A stretch of DNA of 36,204 bases from positions 1-36,204 of the forward strand of contig CAKQEE010000001.1 in the NCBI GenBank assembly GCA_934230055.1. Reading direction: 5' to 3'. A program made the position numbers and the translations under genes. This document shows positions 17,126 through 26,156 of this stretch, piece by piece (position 1 is the first letter of the stretch; the number at the start of each line of letters is the position of its first letter). The notes beneath the pieces were generated by a model. That model ran no database searches, was not told where the DNA came from, and saw nothing but the letters and a program-made list of their open reading frames with translations. This DNA comes from an uncultured Clostridia bacterium (lineage in GTDB: Bacteria; Bacillota; Clostridia; Christensenellales; Borkfalkiaceae).

Positions 17126-17154
17126 ATTTTAGCAATAAAACGGGGTATTGTCAA
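17126..17154 (-). promoter_or_regulatory. Near-consensus sigma-70/SigA-type promoter for the AraC gene, placed so that it predicts a leaderless transcript
   Basis: The minus strand reads TTGACA (17154-17149) - 17 nt (ataccccgttttattgc) - TAAAAT (17131-17126) - acaggt - ATG (17119-17117). Only 6 nt separate the -10 element from the start codon, and no SD is present. Confidence 0.55.
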
Positions 17155-17189
17155 CGTTTTTCATAAAAGAAAGCCGTTACATGCCTAAT

Positions 17190-17228
17190 AAAAAAAGCGA
17201 CAAAACCGCCCAAAACGCCGTTTTGTCG
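17190..17228 (-). terminator. Minus-strand intrinsic-terminator-like hairpin plus T7 run, located just upstream of the AraC promoter
   Basis: The minus strand reads cgacaaaac-ggcgttttgggcg-gttttgtcg-c-ttttttt (9-bp stem, 13-nt loop, 7 T). On the plus strand no T-run follows. The transcript it would terminate is unknown. Confidence 0.35.
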
Positions 17229-17286
17229 TTAAAAAAGGTAAAAAGAAAAAATAATAAAAAAATGGCGAATAGCGATAAATGTGTGA

Positions 17287-17315
17287 TTGAAAGGCTATTC
17301 GGTGCGTGTTAAAAT
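17287..17315 (+). promoter_or_regulatory. Extended -10 SigA-type promoter for the ABC-importer/surface-protein array
   Basis: TTGAAA (17287-17292) - 17-nt spacer ending in TGt - TAAAAT (17310-17315). The predicted TSS is about 17322, which is ~86 nt upstream of the ATG at 17408. An 8-bp inverted repeat, cgaatagc (17266-17273) and gctattcg (17294-17301), straddles the -35 element. Confidence 0.5.
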
Positions 17316-17333
17316 TTAATCGGAAAATCGGGG

Positions 17334-17370
17334 AGGGGTATACCCCTTTCTCGGGGCTTGCGCCCCGAGA
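17334..17370 (+). promoter_or_regulatory. Two adjacent GC-rich hairpins in the predicted 5' UTR of the SBP gene
   Basis: aggggtatacccct (17334-17347, a palindrome) and tctcggggc-ttgc-gccccgaga (17349-17370, 9-bp stem). No U-tract follows. AAAGGAG and the ATG follow about 30 nt later. Confidence 0.4.
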
Positions 17371-17407
17371 AATCCCGCTTATCCGCATAACAATAAAAAG
17401 GAGTCAG

Positions 17408-19135
17408 ATGAAAATGGCAAAAAAATTGAAAACGATATTAGCGACGGTTCTTGCCGCGGTCACCGCTTTCGGCGTTTGTGCGTGCGGCGGCGGAAACGAA
17501 GATAACGGCGGCGGAGGCGGCAGCACTCCCGCGGATTCTACGAAAACCTATCTCGACGTAGGCGTTTTCGACGCGGGTCTCGGCACTACTTACTTCGACG
17601 CAATGAAAAAGGATTTCGAGGCGTATTATGCGGACGCTCAATTCGAGGAAGGAAAAACGGGCGTTGTGATTCGCGAGAGAAAAAAGAGTACCGATTTCAA
17701 TCCTACGAATCTCAAACAGTCTATGAAGGACCTCGAACCCGTTCTTTATTTTCTCGATCACGGCGCGTACGAGGATTTTACTTCCGAAGGGCTTCTTGCG
17801 GACGTAACCGACGTTATGACCGACAAATATCTCGACGAGGACGGCAATCTTGCGGCGGATACCGGAAAAGCGGCGACGCAATCTCCCGAAGATATTATGT
17901 ATGAGGGATATTCCGAAGTATTTAAAAAGAACGGACGTTACTATGCCGTTCCGTTTATGCTTTCCGTTCCCGGTATTATATACGACGCGGATTTATTCGG
18001 AGAGAGCGGTTGGTACTTTAAAAAAGACGGTAAAATCGGCGCGTATACGGAAGACCTTGAGGCGGGTAACTGTTCTGCGGGACCCGACGGTAAAGAAGGC
18101 ACTTTGGACGACGGTCTTCCCGCGACTTGGGGCGATTTTCTCACTCTTCTCGAAAGAATAAGAGGAACATGCACGCCGTTTGCCTGGGCGGAATCTCCCA
18201 GTACCTATCAGCTTTCGAGACTTTTCAACGTTTTCTGGGCTAACTACGAGGGTTACGACGACTTTATGCTTAACTACACGTTAAAAGGCGAAGACGGCAC
18301 TCTCGGAGAAATAAACGAAAACAACTTTATAAAGCTTCTGGATCAGGAAGGCAGAAAGGCTGCCATCAAGGCGTTTTACGATATAACGAAGAATAAAGAC
18401 AACTACACGGCGGGATCCGTTCCCGGCGGCGGAAACGACAATCAGATTGCCGAAGACGAATTTATTCAGAGCCACAGCTTCGGTAAAAGAGTGGCGATGT
18501 TCGTGGAAAACAGCTATTGGGAGCAGGAAGCGAGAGACACTTTCGATAAGGAAAAACCGCAGAGCGTATGGGGCTATGGCAAGAGGAACTTTAAGTATAT
18601 GCCCGTGCCGAGATTCGTCGGGGTAGACGGCATAAAAGATCAGACCAATACCGAACGCGTTATTCCCGCGTCTTATTCCGAAAGTTACATTTGCATGAGC
18701 GCGAAGAACGCCAACAAAAACGTGGAAGTTCAGGCAAAGGTCGCAAAGTTGTTCATAAAATTCGTTCAGCAAAGATCTCAGCTCGCAAAGTTTACGGCGA
18801 ACACGGGGTGCATAAGACCTTATAATTACACCGCTACGGAAGAAGAGCTTGCTCTCTGCACGCCGTATGCGCAAAGCATTCTTAAACTTATAGAAGAAGG
18901 CGCGCGCCTTGCTCCTAACCTTGCGATAGGAACGAAACGTCGCTTATATACCGGCGAAACAGGCTTTAATGAAAGCAATAACGGTTTCGGGTTCGTTACG
19001 TTGATCGGTCAAACCAGAGCGGATAATCCGTTCACTTATTTCTATAAGCAACCCTCGAAGAGCGTCCGGAACGCATTCGACGATATGAAAGAAAGACTTA
19101 CGGCTATTATGAGAGAAGCCGGCGCGATAAAATAA
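17408..19135 (+). CDS. Large (575 aa) extracellular solute-binding lipoprotein of a carbohydrate ABC importer (LplA-like class)
   Basis: The track ORF starts at 17306. I prefer the ATG at 17408, preceded by AAAGGAG. The N-terminus MKMAKKLKTILATVLAAVTAFGVCACGGGNEDNGGGGGS is a signal peptide, lipobox and Gly-rich linker. Two MalFG-type permease genes follow. Confidence 0.8.
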   Translation: MKMAKKLKTILATVLAAVTAFGVCACGGGNEDNGGGGGSTPADSTKTYLDVGVFDAGLGTTYFDAMKKDFEAYYADAQFEEGKTGVVIRERKKSTDFNPTNLKQSMKDLEPVLYFLDHGAYEDFTSEGLLADVTDVMTDKYLDEDGNLAADTGKAATQSPEDIMYEGYSEVFKKNGRYYAVPFMLSVPGIIYDADLFGESGWYFKKDGKIGAYTEDLEAGNCSAGPDGKEGTLDDGLPATWGDFLTLLERIRGTCTPFAWAESPSTYQLSRLFNVFWANYEGYDDFMLNYTLKGEDGTLGEINENNFIKLLDQEGRKAAIKAFYDITKNKDNYTAGSVPGGGNDNQIAEDEFIQSHSFGKRVAMFVENSYWEQEARDTFDKEKPQSVWGYGKRNFKYMPVPRFVGVDGIKDQTNTERVIPASYSESYICMSAKNANKNVEVQAKVAKLFIKFVQQRSQLAKFTANTGCIRPYNYTATEEELALCTPYAQSILKLIEEGARLAPNLAIGTKRRLYTGETGFNESNNGFGFVTLIGQTRADNPFTYFYKQPSKSVRNAFDDMKERLTAIMREAGAIK

Positions 19136-19205
19136 AAAAGCCGCGGATACGGAAAATCCGTAAACGACACACATCAGCAATAGATATAAACCGAAAAGGG
19201 CGTAT

Positions 19206-20210
19206 ATGAAAGAAAAAACTTCTTCTCCCCGCGGAATCAGATGGTTTTTTTACGATATTAAAGTAAAACTGTTCGGACGGTCGGGACAAACAAAAAAGAA
19301 TAAAATTTACAACAAAAAAGCAGGAAATAGCGTATTCTTATTTTTCTTTCTGCTTTTTCCCGTCGTACAGTTTCTGATTTTTTACGTCGGCGTTGCGTCG
19401 AACACACTTAAACTCGCGTTCCAGATTTTTAAGCCCGAATCGCAGTCATATTCTTTTTCGCTTGAAACGTTTTCCAACGTGTTCAAGGATTTTTTCGTGA
19501 ACGGCGAAATGTCGCTTCTCGTAAAAAATTCCGCAATACAATTTATTACGGGGCTTCTTATCGGTATGCCGCTTCAGGTTATGGTGGCGTATTGCGTGTT
19601 CAAAAAAGTTCCGCTTGCGAGCGCTTATAAAATCATTCTCTTTTTGCCGAACATTATTTCGAGCCTCGTTTTCGTTATATGCGGCAGAGCGTTGATTCAG
19701 CGCGGATTGCCCGTGCTTTTGGGAAATCCCGAACTGCGCCTTTTGGACAGATACAGCTCTTCGAGTTTTTATTCGGTGTTGATTTTCGGAATGTGGATGA
19801 GCTTTGCCAACGGGCTTATCATATATCTTTCCGCGATGTGCAGTATATCGAAAGATATTTTAGAGTACGGCGAACTCGAGCAGATGTCTTCTTTCAAAGA
19901 ATTCTGGTATGTAGTTCTTCCGTCGATTTTTCCGACTATCATAACGTATATCATCGTTGCGATAGCGGGTTTTTTCACAAACTACGGGCATTTCTATTCG
20001 TTTTACGGCGGGGAAGGCGGCGCAAAACAGGAGTTTTCCACTCTCGGCTTCTACTTCTTCGTAAAAGTCGCGGGGGGAAGAAATACCGTTCCTTACAAGG
20101 GCGACTTCCCGTTCGTTGCGGCGGCGGGCATACTGTTTACCGCAATAGTCGCGCCGATAACGCTTTTAACCAAGCATTTGCTTGAAAAGTACGGACCGAG
20201 CGAGGATTAA
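19206..20210 (+). CDS. Carbohydrate ABC transporter permease (MalF/LplB-like)
   Basis: 334-aa polytopic membrane protein. It has a degenerate EAA-loop, ILEYGELEQMSSFKEFWYVVLPSIFP, and is followed 3 nt later by the second permease gene. Confidence 0.8.
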   Translation: MKEKTSSPRGIRWFFYDIKVKLFGRSGQTKKNKIYNKKAGNSVFLFFFLLFPVVQFLIFYVGVASNTLKLAFQIFKPESQSYSFSLETFSNVFKDFFVNGEMSLLVKNSAIQFITGLLIGMPLQVMVAYCVFKKVPLASAYKIILFLPNIISSLVFVICGRALIQRGLPVLLGNPELRLLDRYSSSSFYSVLIFGMWMSFANGLIIYLSAMCSISKDILEYGELEQMSSFKEFWYVVLPSIFPTIITYIIVAIAGFFTNYGHFYSFYGGEGGAKQEFSTLGFYFFVKVAGGRNTVPYKGDFPFVAAAGILFTAIVAPITLLTKHLLEKYGPSED

Positions 20211-20213
20211 GTT

Positions 20214-21104
20214 ATGAATATCGAAAAAAGAAAAAATAAAATTGCTCGCAGAATGGACGCCTTTCAGATAATTTTATACGTTATCGTTTCGCTTTACTGT
20301 CTGTCTATGATTTACGTCCTCTTTTTCGGGCTTATCAACTCCGTGAAAGACCCCACCGATTTCAGGGTTATGAATCCTTTCGGACTTCCGTCTTCTGAAT
20401 TCGGCTGGCATTTTGAAAATTACAAGACGGTATTTGACGAATTCAGCGTTTCCACGATAGGCGGGAAAGACGTTTATCTGCTCGAAATGCTCTGGAACTC
20501 TTTCGCATACGCGGTGCTTATGTCGCTGTTCTGTATGGCTACGCAGATTATAACCGCTTACGCCATAGCGAAATATGATTTCAGGTTCAAAACGTTGTTA
20601 TACGGCGTGGCTGTCGTCGTTATGCTTCTTCCGATAATCGGCTCTCTCGCCGCGGAGGTTCAGATAGCGGACGCATTGCACATTTCAAACAATCTGATAG
20701 GCGTTTGCATTATGCGCTGTAAATATCCGGGGCTGTATTTTCTCGTATTTTACGCGACGTTCAAGGGGATTTCGTGGACGTATGCGGAAGCGGCGCAGAT
20801 AGACGGGGCAGGGCATTTCAGAATCTTTATAGAAGTTATGCTGCCGCTCGTAAGAAGCACTATTTTTGCGGTATTCATTCTTTTGTTTATCGAAAACTGG
20901 AACGACTATTACACACCGATGATCTTTTTAAGAGAAGCGCCCACCATTTCTTACGGACTTTTCAGCTTTCAGTCGGAGACTTCGGTAAGAGATCCTTTGA
21001 AGCTCGCTTCGAGTATTCTTGCGTGTATTCCCGTTCTCATCGTGTTCGTTGCGTTTAAGGATAAAATTATGGGCAACGTTACGATGGGCGGAATTAAAGG
21101 CTGA
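20214..21104 (+). CDS. Carbohydrate ABC transporter permease (MalG/LplC-like)
   Basis: 296-aa polytopic membrane protein with the canonical EAA loop YAEAAQIDGAGHFRIFIEVMLPLVRS. Confidence 0.85.
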   Translation: MNIEKRKNKIARRMDAFQIILYVIVSLYCLSMIYVLFFGLINSVKDPTDFRVMNPFGLPSSEFGWHFENYKTVFDEFSVSTIGGKDVYLLEMLWNSFAYAVLMSLFCMATQIITAYAIAKYDFRFKTLLYGVAVVVMLLPIIGSLAAEVQIADALHISNNLIGVCIMRCKYPGLYFLVFYATFKGISWTYAEAAQIDGAGHFRIFIEVMLPLVRSTIFAVFILLFIENWNDYYTPMIFLREAPTISYGLFSFQSETSVRDPLKLASSILACIPVLIVFVAFKDKIMGNVTMGGIKG

Positions 21105-21124
21105 TTTTCGGCAGGAGTAAAGTG

Positions 21125-23119
21125 ATGAATAAAAAATTATCTTATATAAAAACGATATTGACAGTAATCGCGATAGCGGCGTTCTGCATGGGAGCGGCGG
21201 GATTTGCCGTATCTGCTTTCGCTGCGGAGAGAAACGTTTCTTCCGTAACCATAGAAATAGATTACGGCGATTACGACGGGAAGAATTTGCCCAAGGGTAA
21301 AGCGGGCAAGTCTTATCCCGTTTTCGGCTGCGTTGCAACCGACGACGAAGGCGCGGCGGCAAACGAAGTAAGAATTACCGTGAAGAATCCCGAAGGACGG
21401 ATCGTTCAGCAAAAGGGCAGAAGATTCGAGACCGACTCCGTCGGCGAATATACGATAGAATACGTTGCGATAAGCGGATATATGACCGCAACGGAAACGA
21501 TAAAAATTTTCGTCGAAGAATATTCCGATACGATAGTTTACGACGATAACGGAGAAAACGTTCCCTCCGCCGCACAGACAGGTCTTGTCGTTACGGCGGA
21601 TTTCGGCACGTTCTCGGGCGGCGTCGGCGATTTGGAGCTGAAAACGGTTTTAACGCTCGATAAATCCGCAATCGCGCTCAAAGCTACCGGAACGGGCGTT
21701 TATTTCGTTCCCGAAAAACAAGGTCTTTACGAGATAAGCTATGTCGCGACGGATTTCGTAGGCGACGAAAAAGCGGTTACGAAAACCATAGAAGTAAAAG
21801 ATTCCGCCGCGCCCGTCGTGGCAAAACCTTCCGTTCCCGCTTCCGTAATAAGCGGAGAAACGCTCGAACTTCCTTTAACGAACGGCATTTTGTATAAAAA
21901 CGGCGACAAATATTATTTGCCCGTAAAAGTTTATTTCGACGGTAAAACGGTCGGCGCGGATATGAAAATAGAAAACGTCGGCGCGGGCAGACATACCGTT
22001 AAATACGTTTGCGAAAATCCGGACGAGGCGGGAGCGAAAACCGAATACGAGTTCAATCTTACCGGAAAGGAAAGAACTGTTGAAGACGGCGCGAGACTAT
22101 TCGATAATTACTTCGATTTTTATAATTGCGAACCGTTTACCGGCGGAGACAAAGATTATACTGTAAGAATAGATAAAACCGAAAAGGCGACTTTTGCGTT
22201 TTCTCGAAAAATACCCGTTTCTTATCTCAATTTCGACATAAGCACCAAAGCGGGCGTTGCCGATTATTCCGGTCTTTATTTCGTGCTGACCGATTCCGAA
22301 AATGCGGAAGACTGCGTCAGAATAAAGATAAAACGGCTTTCATCTTATTCTAACCTTTATCTTTCTTACAACGACGAAACGAGAACCGTTACGAACGCGG
22401 ATACCGGCGCGGTTATAGAGGAAATAAAGAATTATGCGGACGGCAGAACGTTTGAAGGGTTCAAAAGCGGAAAAGCTTACGTTTCTTTCGAGATAAACGA
22501 CGTAAAAAAAGCCGTTGAATTTTCTCTTAAAAAGGTCGCCTCGGGCATAATCACCACCGATTCCGAGGACTACGCTTCGCCGGTGTTTATGCCGCACGAC
22601 GATTTCAGAGCGGTGTATATTTCCTATATCGGGCACAGCGTATATCTGCCGAAGCTCAGCGCGTTCGACCTTCTGGATCCCGACGTTAAAATCACTCTTA
22701 AAATATACGACGAAGAGAGTAAGGTATACGAAGGAGAAGGCGGATATAATCTCGAAATAACGAAGAGCGGCGAATATATAGCGGAATACGTCGCCATAGA
22801 CGAAAACGGCAACAAGAAGACGCAAATGTGTTCTATAACCGTCGGCGATATGGTTTCGCCCGTAATAAGCGTCGCGGATATAAAGGGCGTGGTTTCCGTG
22901 GGTGAAGAATTAACTCTTCCCGTGGCGGAAATAACCGATAACGACACCCCTTCGGAAGATATTTTATCTTACGTTTATGTTATAAAGGGCAACAATCGCA
23001 AGGAGTTTGCGGGGGGAACTTATAAGTTTACCGAAGCAGGCGAATATATCGTAAGATATGTCGCGTACGACGCAAATCAGAATTTCGCCGTAGTGGAATT
23101 TAAGATTATCTGCAAATAA
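21125..23119 (+). CDS. Secreted or membrane-anchored multi-Ig-like-domain protein (664 aa), function unknown
   Basis: The ATG at 21125 lies 8 nt after AGGAG (the track starts at GTG 21122). The N-terminus is MNKKLSYIKTILTVIAIAAFCMGAAGFAVSAFA/AE. DUF5011/HYR-like signatures recur (DSVGEYTIEYVAISG, EKQGLYEISYVATDFVGDEKAVTKTIEV, ITKSGEYIAEYVAIDENGNKKTQMCSITV, FTEAGEYIVRYVAYDANQNFAVVEFKI). The central ~170 aa are unassigned. Confidence 0.7.
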   Translation: MNKKLSYIKTILTVIAIAAFCMGAAGFAVSAFAAERNVSSVTIEIDYGDYDGKNLPKGKAGKSYPVFGCVATDDEGAAANEVRITVKNPEGRIVQQKGRRFETDSVGEYTIEYVAISGYMTATETIKIFVEEYSDTIVYDDNGENVPSAAQTGLVVTADFGTFSGGVGDLELKTVLTLDKSAIALKATGTGVYFVPEKQGLYEISYVATDFVGDEKAVTKTIEVKDSAAPVVAKPSVPASVISGETLELPLTNGILYKNGDKYYLPVKVYFDGKTVGADMKIENVGAGRHTVKYVCENPDEAGAKTEYEFNLTGKERTVEDGARLFDNYFDFYNCEPFTGGDKDYTVRIDKTEKATFAFSRKIPVSYLNFDISTKAGVADYSGLYFVLTDSENAEDCVRIKIKRLSSYSNLYLSYNDETRTVTNADTGAVIEEIKNYADGRTFEGFKSGKAYVSFEINDVKKAVEFSLKKVASGIITTDSEDYASPVFMPHDDFRAVYISYIGHSVYLPKLSAFDLLDPDVKITLKIYDEESKVYEGEGGYNLEITKSGEYIAEYVAIDENGNKKTQMCSITVGDMVSPVISVADIKGVVSVGEELTLPVAEITDNDTPSEDILSYVYVIKGNNRKEFAGGTYKFTEAGEYIVRYVAYDANQNFAVVEFKIICK

Positions 23120-23133
23120 GGAGGAAGAAAAAA

Positions 23134-25485
23134 ATGAAGAAAATATTGATTTTCGTTTTATGCGCGCTGACAGCGTTCGGCACCTCCTTTTCTGCGGGCT
23201 GCGCAAAAGAAGGACAGGCTATGCTCGGCGGTGAACCCGTTTCGATTGCGGATTCCGAGGAATATCTCGTTAAAGACGGCGCAAGCGATTATAAAATAGT
23301 GTTAAGCGCAAACGCTTCAAAAACGGAAAAATACGCGGCGGAAGAACTCAGATATTTTATAGAAAAATCCACTGCCGTAAAGCTTCCGATAGATTCCGAC
23401 GCGAACGTTGCGCATAATAATAAAGGTAAATATATTTCGGTCGGACAAAACGAGCTTTTAGCCGCGGAAAAGGACATAACGACCGATTACGACGAGCTCG
23501 GACAGAACGGCGTTACCGTAAATACCAAGGATAACTGCGTGTATATTTCGGGCGCGACTGAAAACGGCACTCTTTTTGCGGTTTACAGATTCCTGCACTA
23601 TCAGATAGGTTACGAAGCGTACGCTTACGACTGCGTGGAAGTAAATTATTACAGAACGCTCAAACTCAAAGATTTCAGTTATAAATACGTTCCGTCGCTC
23701 GGGCTTGTCACTGCAGAAGACGCGGAGCTTTCCGGCGAAGGCAAGGTAAAAGAAGCGATGAGAATGTACGATTACGCTTCTAAAAACGGCGGCTACGATC
23801 TTAACGGCAATCTTTATAACGGACTCTGGTGCCATACTATGCCTTATATCGTGACGAACACTCTTGACGGCGGCAGAGTTTTAGACGCGGAAAACGCGGA
23901 AAAAGTCGCTAAATTCGAGCCGTATAAGGCAAATTACGAAAGGGATAAAGAAGGAAATTACGTTCCGAAGTCTTCTTTTTCAGAAGAAGAATCGGCGTAT
24001 TACGCGAACTTCCTTAAAGGGTTCGATAAAGCCGCGCAGAGATTGTTTTCCTCTACGAGTTCTTACGCAGATCCCTTGGACGACGAAGTAGTCAATCTCT
24101 ATAACTATATATACGATTTAAATAACAACGTAGTACCGCAATTCGTACGCGAAACGACCGTCAACGACGAGGGGAAAGAAATTCCCGTGATAAAAGACGG
24201 CAATTACGTTTACAAAACGGATAAAGAGGGTAATCCCGTACTCGTAACCGACGAAAACGGCGATCCCGTTTCCGACGTGGCGGGATATACCGCATACGAA
24301 AACGGCTGGAACGCCTGTTACGACGGCGGTTCTTATCACGTCGGTTCGGAGTGGCAGAAAAACGTTAAAAAAATAAGACTCTGGAACAACAGTCAGGTTT
24401 GTTATTCCAAAAAAGAAGCGGCGGAGCTTGCGGCGAAAACGCTTATAGATAAATTCGTCAATACCGCCAACGGTCCGTATATTATGCTCGGAGTAACCGA
24501 CGGCACGGGTTCGTGCGACTGCGAAGATTGCAGGAACGGAGAAGCCTTATACGGTGGACCTTCCGGCTTGCAGATGCGCTTTATGAACGACGTCGCGAAC
24601 AGAGTGGAAAGCTATATGAAGCAGAACGGAATTGAGAAGAACATAGTTCTCGTTGCGTTTGCCTATTATTCATATCGCCGCCCGCCGGTAGTCGAGAAAA
24701 ACGGCGAATACGTTCCGGTGGACGAAAGCGTTATACCCAAGGGCGAAGGACTCGTTCAGGTCGGCGTTTTGTATACTCCGATAGAAGCCTGCTTTACCCA
24801 CCCCATAACGGACGACGGCACAACCTGCGACAACAACGCGCGTATCGCGGAAGAGATGAAAGCCTGGGCTTCGATTACCAAAAATCTTATGATGTATTCT
24901 TACGGTACGAATTTCAGCGCGTTCAAATACCATTTCAACAACTGGTCGCACATAGGCGATTCGATAAGGTTTTACGAAAGATGCGGGCTTAAATATTATT
25001 TCGAGCAGGCTTGCACGCAGAACGGAGTGTCTCCGATGTCTTCTATGCGCGCTTACGTCAGAGCCAAACTCGCGTGGAACTCATCTTACAACACCCGCGA
25101 CCTTATAAACGAGTTCATAACCCATTATTACGGCGAAGGCGCGGAAGGAGTGAGAAAATATTTTGAAGCGGTTATGGAAAACTTTGAAAGAATTTACCTG
25201 CTCGCGGGGACGGAAGATCAGAATATTTATTACAAAAAGATAACGAGCAGCGACTACTGGACGCGTCCGCTGCTTAAGGAACTCGAAAGCTATCTCGAAG
25301 CGGCGGATTACAAAATTTCCGCAGGCAGTTCCGCAGAAAAGGACGTGTATAAAGAAAGAGTGTTCAGAGAGTATTTCCTGCTTAAAGATAACGAATATAC
25401 CAAATATTCTTTCTACTTAAACAGCGAGGAATACGCGGCTTTGAAAGAGCTCGTTATGTACGGAAGAGAAAAATACAACGCATAA
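23134..25485 (+). CDS. Surface lipoprotein (783 aa), DUF4838-like / putative glycoside hydrolase with a GH20b/GH67N-like N-terminal domain
   Basis: AAGGAGG lies upstream. The N-terminus MKKILIFVLCALTAFGTSFSAGCAKEG is a signal peptide plus lipobox. The N-terminal pattern ASDYKIVLSANASKTEKYAAEELRYFIEKSTAVKLPI ... VYISGATENGTLFAVYRFLH is what I remember from DUF4838-type proteins. A CxCxxC motif (GSCDCEDC) sits at 24514-24531. The family call is from memory and has not been searched. Confidence 0.5.
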   Translation: MKKILIFVLCALTAFGTSFSAGCAKEGQAMLGGEPVSIADSEEYLVKDGASDYKIVLSANASKTEKYAAEELRYFIEKSTAVKLPIDSDANVAHNNKGKYISVGQNELLAAEKDITTDYDELGQNGVTVNTKDNCVYISGATENGTLFAVYRFLHYQIGYEAYAYDCVEVNYYRTLKLKDFSYKYVPSLGLVTAEDAELSGEGKVKEAMRMYDYASKNGGYDLNGNLYNGLWCHTMPYIVTNTLDGGRVLDAENAEKVAKFEPYKANYERDKEGNYVPKSSFSEEESAYYANFLKGFDKAAQRLFSSTSSYADPLDDEVVNLYNYIYDLNNNVVPQFVRETTVNDEGKEIPVIKDGNYVYKTDKEGNPVLVTDENGDPVSDVAGYTAYENGWNACYDGGSYHVGSEWQKNVKKIRLWNNSQVCYSKKEAAELAAKTLIDKFVNTANGPYIMLGVTDGTGSCDCEDCRNGEALYGGPSGLQMRFMNDVANRVESYMKQNGIEKNIVLVAFAYYSYRRPPVVEKNGEYVPVDESVIPKGEGLVQVGVLYTPIEACFTHPITDDGTTCDNNARIAEEMKAWASITKNLMMYSYGTNFSAFKYHFNNWSHIGDSIRFYERCGLKYYFEQACTQNGVSPMSSMRAYVRAKLAWNSSYNTRDLINEFITHYYGEGAEGVRKYFEAVMENFERIYLLAGTEDQNIYYKKITSSDYWTRPLLKELESYLEAADYKISAGSSAEKDVYKERVFREYFLLKDNEYTKYSFYLNSEEYAALKELVMYGREKYNA

Positions 25486-25507
25486 AACAGCAGGGAGAAA
25501 ACGAACA

Positions 25508-26146
25508 ATGGCTGATTTCAAAAGAATATTAAGTGTGTTTGTCGCGATAATCGCTTTGGCGGGAGCATGTTTTCTGACCGCCTGCGCGCCGAAAAAGGAA
25601 GAGAACGAAAACAGGAATGCCGAACGCAACGAAACTTACAGCTTTGCGATAAGCGCAACCGAACTGAATCTCGAAGCGGGGGAAAGCGAAAGACTGGAAT
25701 GTCGTTACGGCGACAAGAAAATAGTGTTTTCCACTTCGGACGAGAAAATCGCTACCGTTTCGGATAACGGCACGGTAACCGCCGTTTCCGCAGGCGTGGC
25801 GTATATAACGGCAAAGGCGGAAGGCGTTTCAGGCGCGGAAAAGATGTGTAAAGTTACCGTCGTAAAGAACGTCTATTCGGTTAAAATCGCAGGCGATTCG
25901 GTTGTTACGGCAGTGCTTGCGGGTTCGAGCGTAACGCTCGATTTTGCGGCGGTCGTTTATAAAAACGGCGAACGGTCTTCTCTTAACGTAAAATTTTCGG
26001 TAAGTCCCTCGGACGCGGAAACGGAGATAAGAGAAAATACCGCGAGAGTCACGTTTTCTTCCGCAGGAACGTACGTCGTTAAAGCGGAGTACGCAAACGT
26101 TTCCGCAAGCGTTACGGTAAACGTAATCGATTCGATAGCGCGTTAG
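25508..26146 (+). CDS. Small surface lipoprotein (212 aa) with bacterial Ig-like group 2 (Big_2) domain(s)
   Basis: The N-terminus MADFKRILSVFVAIIALAGACFLTACAPKK contains an LTAC lipobox. The Big_2-like segment is LNLEAGESERLECRYGDKKIVFSTSDEKIATVSDNGTVTAVSAGVAYITAKAEG. Confidence 0.75.
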   Translation: MADFKRILSVFVAIIALAGACFLTACAPKKEENENRNAERNETYSFAISATELNLEAGESERLECRYGDKKIVFSTSDEKIATVSDNGTVTAVSAGVAYITAKAEGVSGAEKMCKVTVVKNVYSVKIAGDSVVTAVLAGSSVTLDFAAVVYKNGERSSLNVKFSVSPSDAETEIRENTARVTFSSAGTYVVKAEYANVSASVTVNVIDSIAR

Positions 26147-26156
26147 GGGGCGGCGT

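Noticed and set aside
17408-21104. Defective or pseudogenised ABC transporter because no ATPase gene is present
   Set aside because: Carbohydrate (CUT1) importers in Firmicutes commonly lack a cognate ATPase gene and share a MsmK-type ATPase encoded elsewhere. Both permeases and the SBP are intact.
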